From the NCBI RefSeq assembly GCF_001949145.1, contig NW_019091362.1, forward strand, positions 894,427-958,426: a DNA stretch of 64,000 nucleotides. Direction: 5' to 3'. The notes under the pieces are model-generated. The model was not told where the DNA came from. It worked only from the letters and a program-made list of their open reading frames with translations, and searched no databases. Made by a program: the position numbers and the translations under genes. The stretch comes from Acanthaster planci (taxonomy: Eukaryota). This document shows positions 53,423 through 64,000 of this stretch, piece after piece; position 1 is the first letter of the stretch, and each line of letters opens with the position of its first letter.

Positions 53423-53540
53423 CCCGATCCGATTCGACTTTTTATAACATCAATCAGAATCCGAACCGAATCCAACCGATGCACGTTCAATCTCATCCAA
53501 AGTCGGATTCGGATCGAAATTGGAATTGGATTTGGATTGG
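53423..53540. repeat. Short palindromic element built of TCCGA/TCGGA motifs (probable MITE remnant)
   Basis: CGATCCGATTCGACTTT (53425-53441) is inverted against AAAGTCGGATTCGGATCG (53499-53516). Confidence 0.5.
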
Positions 53541-55824
53541 AAGTGCGCATGTTTGGTTCGAACCATACGGCAGAGGATCACACCAGTGTGCATTTCTTTG
53601 TGCAAGACTTTCGACCACAATCGTTCATGTGCCCCAAGGACAAGGTTGATGAATGTGGGCGAGGCCTTCAGGTCAAGAGCTCTCAGATGTGTGCTGCGCA
53701 TGCACGTCCAAATTAGCTAGAAGGGGTTTTGGGGGTGATTAGTCCTTGAGGCTCCTTGACCCGGTAATGGCAATTACAACTTGGTTATTTCGATTGTTTC
53801 GTCAAAGCATCAAGCCTTGTATGCGCATTAATTTTCATAATCGAGAATGTTGGTGAACCTTAAATACGCTCAATACTTGTATGTTTACGCTTGCCATGAG
53901 CTTATAGTCGTCGTTCATAGTGGACATAGTAAGTTTTTCCTTTCGCTTTTTGTTGTCAGGTTTGGGACCTGTTGCACGATCGCTTCGATCGATGAGATGG
54001 CTCTATCGTGGATTCCTTTGCAGCACGTCTGAGCGTCCTTTGAGGTACTTGTTGAGGCAGAGGGGATCTAATGACGGCAAGTAATACACAGAGCTCGTGA
54101 CGGTGCAAGTGGAAAATTGCATCCCTTATGGTTTGATTGCCATCAGGTGTATTGGAACTTTCTCCATAGTGTGAGGTCTACGGCATTTCAGAGGAATTTT
54201 ACGCTTTGTGAGATTTTCACCTGACCGGCTCGACACTGCAGGATGCAGTGGGCGAAATAATATATCGCTACAGGAGTGGACAGAGATCATCCGCTTGGGG
54301 ATCACTAGTTATGTGTGCAAAGAGCTTTGACCTTTAATATACAAAGTAATTCGTCTTCATCATACCATTACTGACTCATCCATCAGGAATACACGCGCGG
54401 TCTATCGTGTGTAAGTAAATGCACCTGCCTGCATGTGCTCATAATTGTAAAAGAGCACTCTAATTAGACTTCCAGAAAGGCGATCTCACTTCAAAATCTT
54501 TTTCTTTGGAGGGTTATTCAATGGAAATACACAGTACTGATTGTCATAATTGTAAAACAACTAAACGGGCGAAAGAATCATGAACCAAATCTTGTGGAAT
54601 GGGGCTGCCAACAAATTTTAAATATTTTCTGCCTAATACAAAAGTCTAAAAGTTGGTATGGAACGGGTGGAAATTTTTCTTAGGTATGAACGCCAATGGT
54701 AAACTATATATATGTGCATGTATTACTATGCAAAAATATTCTTATTGCTGTCATTCTAACGGTGCACATATATCGATTATTGTAAAGGGGTCAAGCAAGA
54801 CGAAAAGACAACGATTAGGTGGACACAAAAAGGCCAAGGTTATACACCTGGCCTAACTGGATTATCCCACATAGCTGACGTGTTAGAATATTATATTACA
54901 ATCCAACATGCTCTTTGGGCTAAGCTCTAGCCTTAAAACCTATCTCGAAATGTCACTTGTTATACCCACAGCAGGTTCTCTGCATACCTCGGTATCGGGG
55001 AAAAATATTCAGAGAATCACTTTTATTTTACCCTTTACCTTCTTTTTTCTTGTCTATACTGCACTGCCTGGGATGAGGATTATGCCATTTATTTTGTGAA
55101 TGATTGGACATTTGTTTGAGATAGGCCTAGTTGGAAAAGAGGGGACTTGGGACCACATCACATGCGACGATTGCTAAATTAGCGATGACATCGCGACCAC
55201 GACAACTGACATTTAGGAGTATACCGGTATGCGCTCTTATGTTCAATTGTCTTTATCTGCAAATGAATCCTCACCCGAAATGCGAGTCATTACCACTTCT
55301 CTAGTGCATCTGCTGTAAATTCCTGTCAAATGGCAACATCTCTGGGGGAGGGGGACATTTCTTCCCCCAGCTTTATGCGCCACAGCAAGTTTTGAGAAAA
55401 AGAAACCCTTTTTTAAAAATTTAAATCAACAGAGTTTGATTATGCTCGACATATCGATTCTATCTAATTTATATTGCTTTACCAACTGGTTAACGTACAA
55501 ACTATACCATCGGCAATAAGAACACAGAGCAAGGACGACTCACTGCAACCGATGCCCTGACATTGTATAAGAGAAACTGATGTAAAGAATTTTCAAGAAC
55601 ACCATAGAGAACTGTCTAGCCTTTCGTTGCGATTTGCACCAACAAGTTACACAGACCAACAGTAAAATGCAAAATAAACCAACCACCACTTTTAACAGCC
55701 ATCGTAAACTTCCAGCGGGACCGATTGCTTTTCGGCCACTACAACGAGGGATGCTTTGTAATCATTCCAATTCCTGTTTCTATAGCGGAGTCTTTCCCTT
55801 AAGAGATGGTCGAGCGTGGCTTAC

Positions 55825-55893
55825 CTTCTCCTCCTTGGTCAACTTATACTGGCCGAATGTCGGCTCTCCTCCGCCATGCACAAATGAGGGCAT
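55825..55893 (-). CDS. Candidate alternative first coding exon (MPSFVHGGGEPTFGQYKLTKEEK, 23 aa)
   Basis: aggATG is preceded by an in-frame TAG. 69 nt run to a consensus donor AAG|GTAAGC, phase 0. Confidence 0.55.
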
Positions 55894-58800
55894 CCTCCTG
55901 AAGTAACTTTGAAGAAAACTTCTCCTTAAATCCACGGAATTCTATGCTTCCAAAGGAGTATTCCACACCAAAATCTGTGTGACGTTCTCCGTTCGTTTAA
56001 CATCTATTGCAGGACAGACGCCCGAACCTATTGCTTCTACCTGTGCCCAACGGACACACATCTTGTTGGGTCTTTTCAAAAGGACGATATAAGTCTTCTT
56101 CAAAAGACACCATTGTTTGTTGTTATTGATCGGCTTCTTATACATGAGCTCCTTACCGTGTCCTTACGGTATACAAGTAAATTGGGAGGTGGTCTTATGG
56201 AAGAAACAGCAGACGAGTTGACATTCAAGTAAGCTTCTAAGTTCTATTCAAGGCTTGAAACTCTACCTGGACGCTCAGTAACCTAACATTTAAAAAATGT
56301 GTTTTCACATTGTTAATTTAGCACTCTCGATATCCACGTATGACAATCAAGAACTAATGCTGTCCTAAATACGAATACCGAGGGTGTTAAATTTGGAGAA
56401 ATAATGTGACGGATCTATATCTCTGGCTTCGTGTAAACAGTCGACAGTGACAACAAGAGGGGAAGCATTCACAGGGGGAAAATGGAGAACACTGCTCCAG
56501 AAATTACGCCGTGAACCAGTACGGTATAATATTCCAACTATATCATTCCCTCCACCAGACATACAGATTTACTTATATTCAGAATGAAGTGTCTTGAGCT
56601 ACGACTGCGTCTATTATCAACACGTGCTTAATATATGTGTATATGCAACCAGCCTGAGGCAAAGATAATGAACTAGACTTAGCTCTATCCAAATATAAGA
56701 GGCGACCTCATTTTAGAGATGAAATGAGGGCATGTCAAATTGTACTACATGCCCACGTCAATATTACAGAGAGTAATTGTAATTATGCAGTAGGCGAAAA
56801 GTAAACATTGATACCAAAATCTTCTTGTAAACTTTCGTTGCCATTTGATCTTAGAGTTGGGCCGCGAAAACAAACGAGAAAACCAGGTTAAAATAGCTTG
56901 AAGGAATAGCTTACTTCAAAGTCATCGTGTATAGCAAGTCTCAGATAGACTTAAAATCAAGAACAGGGAAACATCCGCTGTTCTTTTCACGTTCTCTGGT
57001 GTAAAGTAAAACATGCATACACGCACGCACGAAACAAACGAAAACACTGTGCAGGCAAAGCTGGGATATACAGTTCAGGGTTATTGGGAGTAATTAAAAC
57101 CAAATTATGCAGAAGAGTTTTCCTAATTATGTTAGTTAATTGTATGCAAACGGCAACCACTATAAAAGACAAAGCCATACAGATCTTGCGTTCGCGGGCC
57201 TGAAGGATTTGCAACTAATGAAAAGCAGGTCTCAATCAAGACATTCATCCGTCTCATTACAGCTACAGGCCACGGATAATCGCAAGTGAAAACATTCCTT
57301 ATTTTCTCCACGAGCTTTTCCTCATGATACACTGTACCCGCTTCACAAGCCCCAGGGTTCATCAACCCAGACCGTGACGCGCTGCCCGTGTGATCCGTCC
57401 CGCAACCGCCAACTATAGTCATTCATCACCGATGTACGTTTTAATGCAAAGTGTGGCCAAGCACGTCCTGGCCTTCTCCAGGTTCGAGTCTAATGAAAAA
57501 TAATCCATCTGCCCGTGTCACAAAATCGGGGTCAGTGAAATTTCCGATGTGAGTTCCAAGCAACGATAAAATTTATGAAACAAGATCTAAGTGTGCAGAT
57601 GAGCAGTGGTTTGGGAATGATATCCTTTGAATTTTTACTCGATTTCTACTCTTCATCCTCCCTTATGTGAGCAAGGCTTACAGCTTCCATCTCTTCTTAA
57701 AAGCACATATTTATCACAGGAATTACAAGAAGAATATTTGGACAGACCAACGCAGAAAACACCGGATGATCACATCCGGAAAAAAGAACGAGCCACGTCT
57801 GATAAGCGGAAGGAGTGAATGCTCGCCAATAAATCAAGAAGGGATGGTCGCCACTTCAACTATCGGTTTACCGGCGCCCTGCACTTCGAAAAATTCAAAT
57901 TATACCCGCAGGGATCATATTGGTGTACCCTGCGAGTTCCAGCTTGGTTTCTGATGAAATGAAGAGTCAACGAACGACGGGAGAAGGGAAATTACAAAAT
58001 GCGTGTTTGGGCATCAGAAAGCAAGTACGCAGCACTGTAAGTAACCTGCCACAGATATCAATGATATAAATACCCCCCTCAAAAAATAAGGAAAAATAAA
58101 GAAACACACCAAACTAAAGATTATTTCCTCGTCTTTCTTGTTCTCCTCAATTGATTTTGGTGTTGGAGACAACATTTGAAGATATTTATATCATCACACC
58201 TCTAAATCTTTTAGTTGTGAAGCCCATCCCCGTTTGTTTTTACTGGTGCCCATACTCCACTTCAAAATTGAGCCACTTGGATGGCTCCGTTTTGTCCAAA
58301 AAATACAAGCTGGTCGTCCTGTTGGTGACATCAACCCTTCTGTTTTACAACCCCCCCCCAGTCCAAGGACCACAAAATGTTGTAATAGCCGAGAATTTGA
58401 GGGTATGCGAATAAACCTCATCCTTTACGTCTTCTGATTAGTCTGGTTCCCCGCCATATCAATAAGCCACCGTACAATAATACTGTGACAGGTAGGCTCC
58501 GTTTACAAAAATAAAGTTTGTGATGACATTATCTTAGGAAGCTCCATGTATTTTTTTATTCGATAAGCCGCGCACGTCTGTTAGCTTATAAACCGGGCAG
58601 CAAATTGTGTAAACGTTGAGATCAATATGGAACTGATGCATGGGGAAATTTGCAAAGATAGTCAATTAATCGATGCCCGATACTGATACTCGCTAATGTT
58701 GACGACAGAACCCGAAACTCAGTGAAATTGGATCTCATCTTTTGGGCCAGTTTCAAAAACAAACGCATCTTCGGTCCCTATTGACTCTTTGCACGCTGCC

Positions 58801-61361
58801 GCCATAGGCATGCAGAGCATCGAACCGGCAGCTTGTACTCAGAGTCACGTCAACGCAACTTTTTGAAATATTGTCCTCTCGCATGGTGTAAGAACTAACG
58901 CGGCACGCGCAATTATTATTAAGCAACACGCACACGAATCACTGAACCAGCTACATGTATATATTGAGTGTGTAAAGCTGCCAGATCGAGGCTCTGCGTA
59001 CTTATGGCGGCAGCGTGCAAAGAGCGAGCCGTTGGTCTGAAAAATTATTCTAGCAGACGACGCATATCCGTGACGACCCATGTGAGGGCATTGTACTGCC
59101 AAGAATCTATCAAATGGTGGTATTTAATAGCTCCTATGTAAGAAAGACCTTCGGAAAAGAATCAAAGAAGTTAAAAGTGTACATTTTACGACAAAGGATA
59201 ATTATGAAAAGAATTCCTTCTCCTTATTTGTATTGCAAATTTTGCCATGTTTACCTTCAAAACAACCTTGATGCTACGTCAAAGACTAATAACTGTTATG
59301 AACAAAAATTTTATTACTTCTAGGAAGAAAACCTTTTCTTTGAAATTCACTTTGATTTTCATTGAGACTCATTTCGTCATTTTTCGTGTTTTTCACTTTA
59401 CTTAGTGCCATATTTAACATTTTTGTCCAATTTTCCTCAGAACATCGTGATACTATTTGGAAGACTGATGAATCGTTTATATCTGTCAGCTCATTTCTTC
59501 AAGATCGAGAGCCAATTGGTTGAAATGGGGTTCTTTTCAAGCGGATTAAAATTTCCGCACGAGTGAGTTTGGGTTCGAGTTAATTTTTACTGCATTGCAC
59601 TAATTTGTACAATGACATCAAATTGCCTGACTAAAAGGCATAAACTAAACCTCTCCGTTCTCATTTATACGGTTTCCTTCTTCCATGAAACTTACTCATT
59701 GCATGATATTCCTCACCATTCCAAGTAGAGACAAGTTACGGAAAACCCGGCAAAACTGAAAAAACCTCTAAAATGTTGGCTTCCCTTCCTACTTCTGACT
59801 CTTTTATTTTGGAGGTACGTGATAGTTATGGGCAAAAATTTGGCAGCAAATGGATTTTGATCGTAAGTCAGCAAAAGGCACTTTGAGCTTAAATTCTAAT
59901 GGATATAGAAATGAGGAGGAAACCGCTATATCGTGATGTTCATCGATTACTTTAGGGTTCAACCTACCTGAGTTAAAAGCCATTTTGCTGGCTAATTCTG
60001 GCTCCAGTGAGATTCAGTTCGCATGCGCACGAACGAAGTGAGCGGTTCAAACATACCTGAACGGAAAGAGATACTCATATGTTGTTCACGTAACCGCGGC
60101 GGCTATCATGAAGGTCATTTTTTTGTTAAAAAAAGGTCTGGACTCGCAGTGGCTTTAGTAGCAAACAGTGTCACTGAAGTCACAGGGGCAATGTTACTCG
60201 CCGGATGCGCGGAATACAAAACTTTACAAAGGCTGACTCGCCACCTTCAGCCCTGTGGCACGCGCGTCAACGATATAAATACAGTATTAACGTTGACTGA
60301 GAGTCAGGCTTTTTTATCTGTTGTCCTTGGCTGCTATCGTCTCCAAAGGTCGATATATTTTGACCTGGGGACCAGACTACTCATTTTCCAAAGTTCTCTT
60401 CATTAAGAAACCTGTTTGGGTGTCCGTGAATTGCCCACCCGCAACTGTTTAGGACTGACGTAACCTGTATTCTAAATGGCATTTTGCCGGATATTCAAAG
60501 CACCTTTTATGTTACCGAGCTCAGAGTCCTATACCGTGCAAAACCATGTCGAGGGTTTCAGTTATGACAAATGACTATTCTGTTTCATCGCCGGGTTTGT
60601 TTTGATAAAGGATCGAGTTACAAACATTATAATCGTGCGGTTTAAGGCACATAAGAACTTTGTACGGTACATACGTTATGGCGTTGTAGCAGTTGTCATT
60701 TTCATCTTTGAATTATTTGGTGTCAACCATGACAGGGAACCCGTGAGCAGATCAATGTCTCCATTATCACTCTTAAGGAAAGTTGAGTAGAATCGGGTAA
60801 AACTGTGTACCAATATTGACGCAATACCGACTGCCTACAAGTTGGTCATTTCCACCCAACCAGGTTTGTGGTACAAACTTTTCTACCAAAGTTTGGTAAA
60901 CGTGCCCTGCTTTGTGTTTTTAAGTGTGGAAGTTTTCAATAAATATAATGAAGGTTACATCGTGAGGTTGGCGGAGGTTGAAGGAGGGGGAAGGCTGGAG
61001 ATTTTTGTCTGAGGGGTCTGCGATGTTACACCCGGTAATTCAATTAATGTTATTAATTCACTGAGGTAGCTAGTGTACATGATTATGGTTGTTCTTCGTA
61101 CTTAATGACGTGTGCACTTCTAGTGTAATAACAATAAATAGGCTACATGAAAACGTAGTCCTTTTCTGGTATCACTTTCTAAAGCAAACTGTATGAAGCA
61201 CTTTATGTAAATATTTTCCAAGGAATTGTGAGGGACAAAAACAAGCTTACTCGGTTTGGGACTCGAATAACCGTCTGCTAATTGACACTAACAACCTGTC
61301 GCCCCATTGATCTCGCCACTATTAACTGACCGGTTCGAATTTTGATGTAGTTGAGGCTTAC

Positions 61362-61508
61362 CGTGTTGAGTTCCACGTGCACCACGCCCTCCTTCTGCTT
61401 GTTGCTGATGAGCTGCTGCTGGGCGGCCTTTGCTTTCATCTTCTTCTTTTCCCGTCGCAGGAGGTGGCCCAGGGCTGAGTGACTGCCGCTTCCTGTGACT
61501 TGGTTCAT
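61362..61508 (-). CDS. Candidate first coding exon (MNQVTGSGSHSALGHLLRREKKKMKAKAAQQQLISNKQKEGVVHVELNT, 49 aa) of an unidentified large minus-strand gene
   Basis: Acceptor ttttctctcttcag| gives an exon start at 61569. An in-frame TAA lies upstream of agcATG (61508). 147 nt run to the donor ACG|GTAAGC, phase 0. GC-rich and coding-like. No homology search possible. Confidence 0.65.
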
Positions 61509-62231
61509 GCTGGCCAGTAGATGACAGTAAAGTCCTGCCGTTGATGTGCGATTGTTCCCTTGTTAATTCCTGAAGAGAGAAAATGGCACTTAACTTAGTC
61601 TTCATTGGTGGTGTTTCACTGTAGCTAGCCACGTTCATATCAACTCTTTAGAAAATTTACAATATAGCAGACACATTTTCCTATTTTGTCTCTAAATTTG
61701 GTGAAAGCAAACTGACATTGCTCGGCACATTGTGCATTTGTTTCCTTTTAAGCATTGCTTGGTAAAAACAACCAATGCAACGTAACCTTTTAATACAAAC
61801 AGTAGGCTGTCTGCAGTTCTAGTCACTGCTCCGACATAATACGCACGAACAGTTCTATGGTAACAGTTCTATGTACATGTATATCTATTCGCACTATTTA
61901 ATTGGCATGGGGAAGCTGTTATACAAAACACATGCTTGTATATTTCCAAAGGAATGGGCCCATTTATGACTTATTCACAGGGTTCAGTTGAGTGCTTTAA
62001 ATATACCACTGTGTTTTATTCCGAGGTGGCTATTCCGATAAAAATATTACCTGCCACGTTTGCTATTTTATGTCCATATGTTCGAGTAAACTGACTGAAA
62101 CCAGAAGTACTTAATAACACGTTGTGGCCGTAGCCGCTAGCAAGTAACTTCTGTAAGCCACCGTGCCAGCCGTAGCCATAACTTTCAGATGCACAGTCAA
62201 ACTTCGCAACGTGACGCGGCAAGCCTGTTAA

Positions 62232-62748
62232 GGCGCCTTTCCACAATTATGTACGTTTTGGGGGATACGTTACGTACACGGGTCTGTGGCCAAGTGGTAA
62301 GGGTTCGTGGCTTCCAATCATAGGGTTGGAGATTCGAATCCAACTGCTGGCAGTATGCTGTGGCCCTTGGCAAGCCACTTCACCCCTACTTGCCCCTCTC
62401 CACCCAGGAGTTTGAATGGGTATTAGCTGGGGAAGCAACCTGCATCCAGCGCAAACAGAAACATTCTCAGTCGTTTTATGCCAAAGAAACTGGAGAATAC
62501 CTGCCTGATGAGCCAAATTGGTTCAGATCAGACTTGCTTTTTTACGTACACGATGCGTTTATGCGTTTCAATTTAACAGACACAAAATTCGACTCCACTA
62601 ACACAACACATGTGTGCGTTGCGTTCGGCCTTCAAAATCGCTCCGGGGACGCATAAACGCATCGTGTACGTAAAATCGCCCCGGGAGCGACTCTGATGGA
62701 TACGTAACGCGCTTGGCGCAAGTGTTGACATGCATATGGAAAGGTACC
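62232..62748. mobile_element. Palindromic MITE-like element interrupted by a SINE
   Basis: Termini GGCGCCTTTCCA and TGGAAAGGTACC (10/12 complementary). Internal 27-bp perfect IR at 62540-62566 and 62649-62675. Confidence 0.55.
62281..62541 (+). mobile_element. Full-length tRNA-derived SINE with a CORE-like central region and an 11-bp target-site duplication
   Basis: A box TGGCCAAGTGG, B box GATTCGAATCC, central CCTTGGCAAGCCACTT...CTCTCCACCCAGG...AATGGGTA, 3' hairpin GAGCCAA-A-TTGGTTC and T-run. TSD TTACGTACACG at 62270-62280 and 62542-62552. Confidence 0.85.
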
Positions 62749-64000
62749 ATTCTGCAGATGTTATACACGGGTCGGGGAGGAGAGAAATAGGTATAGCGAT
62801 ATAGCTTTCAGTCCTGTAATCAAACAAAGTCAGAACTGTTCCTGCTTTCCCTGAAGTAATGTTGAAAAATCAGTTAAAATTCCCATTTTAATCTTTGAAA
62901 TGTAACAGGCCTACTTATTAGCGTTGTGTTCATTAAAAATGCTTCTCAACTGCAGCGTGCACTTGCTCATCAGCACACTTCGTGGAATAGACACGTTTCG
63001 GAAACGTGTGATATATTTAAATATGTCTTGCCACACCTCTCTGCTAGAGCAAAAAGAACCTATCAGCGCATAGACGTATAGCAATAACGTTGGCACTGCG
63101 TCAGTAAATAGGCTACTATATACAGACAACAATGACAAAGTAACCATCATTTAAAAGTTAAGCAACAATACAATATGTTTAAGTCACAAATTCTTCATCA
63201 ATTTTGGCTGGTCTTAGCTGTAAGTTTTTTGGAGAAATTTCCATTCAAACATACCGCCACCAGCCCCCCTCCCATAGTCCTGACGTGCATCGCCATTTTG
63301 AATATTTATGCCTACTTTTCAGTAAAAAAATACAGCTTGTCGAAAGCCCCGTTTGTCCAAATTTCACGAAATTAGAATCTGGCAGTCAAGTTGGAGGCTT
63401 GCACCCTTATTTTTTTAACCCTCCAGTTCACTGGACAGGATCATTAAAAAATTATCAATCCGCGGATAAGTTCAGGGCATACAACTTCTCCAGGGATATA
63501 CTGGCCTACAACCTTTACTGCTTGTGCACATTTTGCAAAAAAAAAAACTATTCGGTCGAGGAGCAAACAATACCATCTATATTGGTGGTGTTCGACTCTG
63601 ACAGACAAGACCAGACGATGTTGCCAAACCACAAATCCGCCGGCATGCAGCTTCTTGACATCTTCTAGCAAGTGTTAAACCCCACTAAATAACGTCCCTA
63701 AAATATTAAAATACGACACTCTTTTTGATTAAAGATAAAGTTTATGTTCTTTCCGCCAAAGCTGGCTGGGTGTAACCTGATTTGTATGCAGATAATTAGT
63801 CATTGCTTCATTATCATAACACACGGGCCTGCACGTCAACCTTGACGGTTGAGTCTGTTGAACTTTGCGGCAGATGCTGCTGAGAAAAGAAGGGTTATCC
63901 CTCCGCGGGGTGTTTTGTGTGGAGGGGCACAAGGCTACTGTTAGCATAGGTATCCCATTTCACTCTTCATAAAAGACTGCTCATCAGCCCCTGCAGCCGC

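Noticed and set aside
62505..62535. CTGATGA plus hairpin resembling a hammerhead ribozyme core
   Set aside because: No GAAA follows the stem and I see no stems I/III. It is better explained as the SINE 3' stem-loop.
190..63947. Remaining 60-180-aa ORFs in the supplied track
   Set aside because: Lengths and Cys/Phe/Leu-rich compositions are typical of random AT-rich non-coding DNA. Many use non-ATG starts, and I recognise no domain, including transposase or reverse transcriptase.

Overview
Eukaryotic, mostly non-coding DNA. The composition and repeat types suggest an invertebrate animal (inference). I see no prokaryotic operon, no CRISPR array and no long credible ORF, and nearly all entries in the ORF track look spurious. 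The best-supported reading is the 5' part of one large minus-strand gene. Short candidate exons with canonical splice signals are spread over about 3-61.5 kb. Most encode short hydrophilic N-terminal peptides and end at phase-0 donors, as expected for alternative first exons that splice to common exons beyond the left edge. I cannot identify the protein. The window divides near 34.5-35 kb into a CpG-depleted left part and a CpG-retaining right part. The left part is highly enriched in TACATGTA (about 55 copies by eye), and TACCGGTA and TAGGCCTA also recur across the window; these octamers have the form of TA-transposon excision footprints. Repeats include several tRNA-derived elements (one full SINE with an 11-bp TSD nested in a MITE, one tRNA-Thr(AGT)-like unit between direct repeats), an inverted pair of ~520-bp MITEs, a 1.87-kb TIR element and a 40-bp minisatellite. 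All counts and alignments were done by eye.
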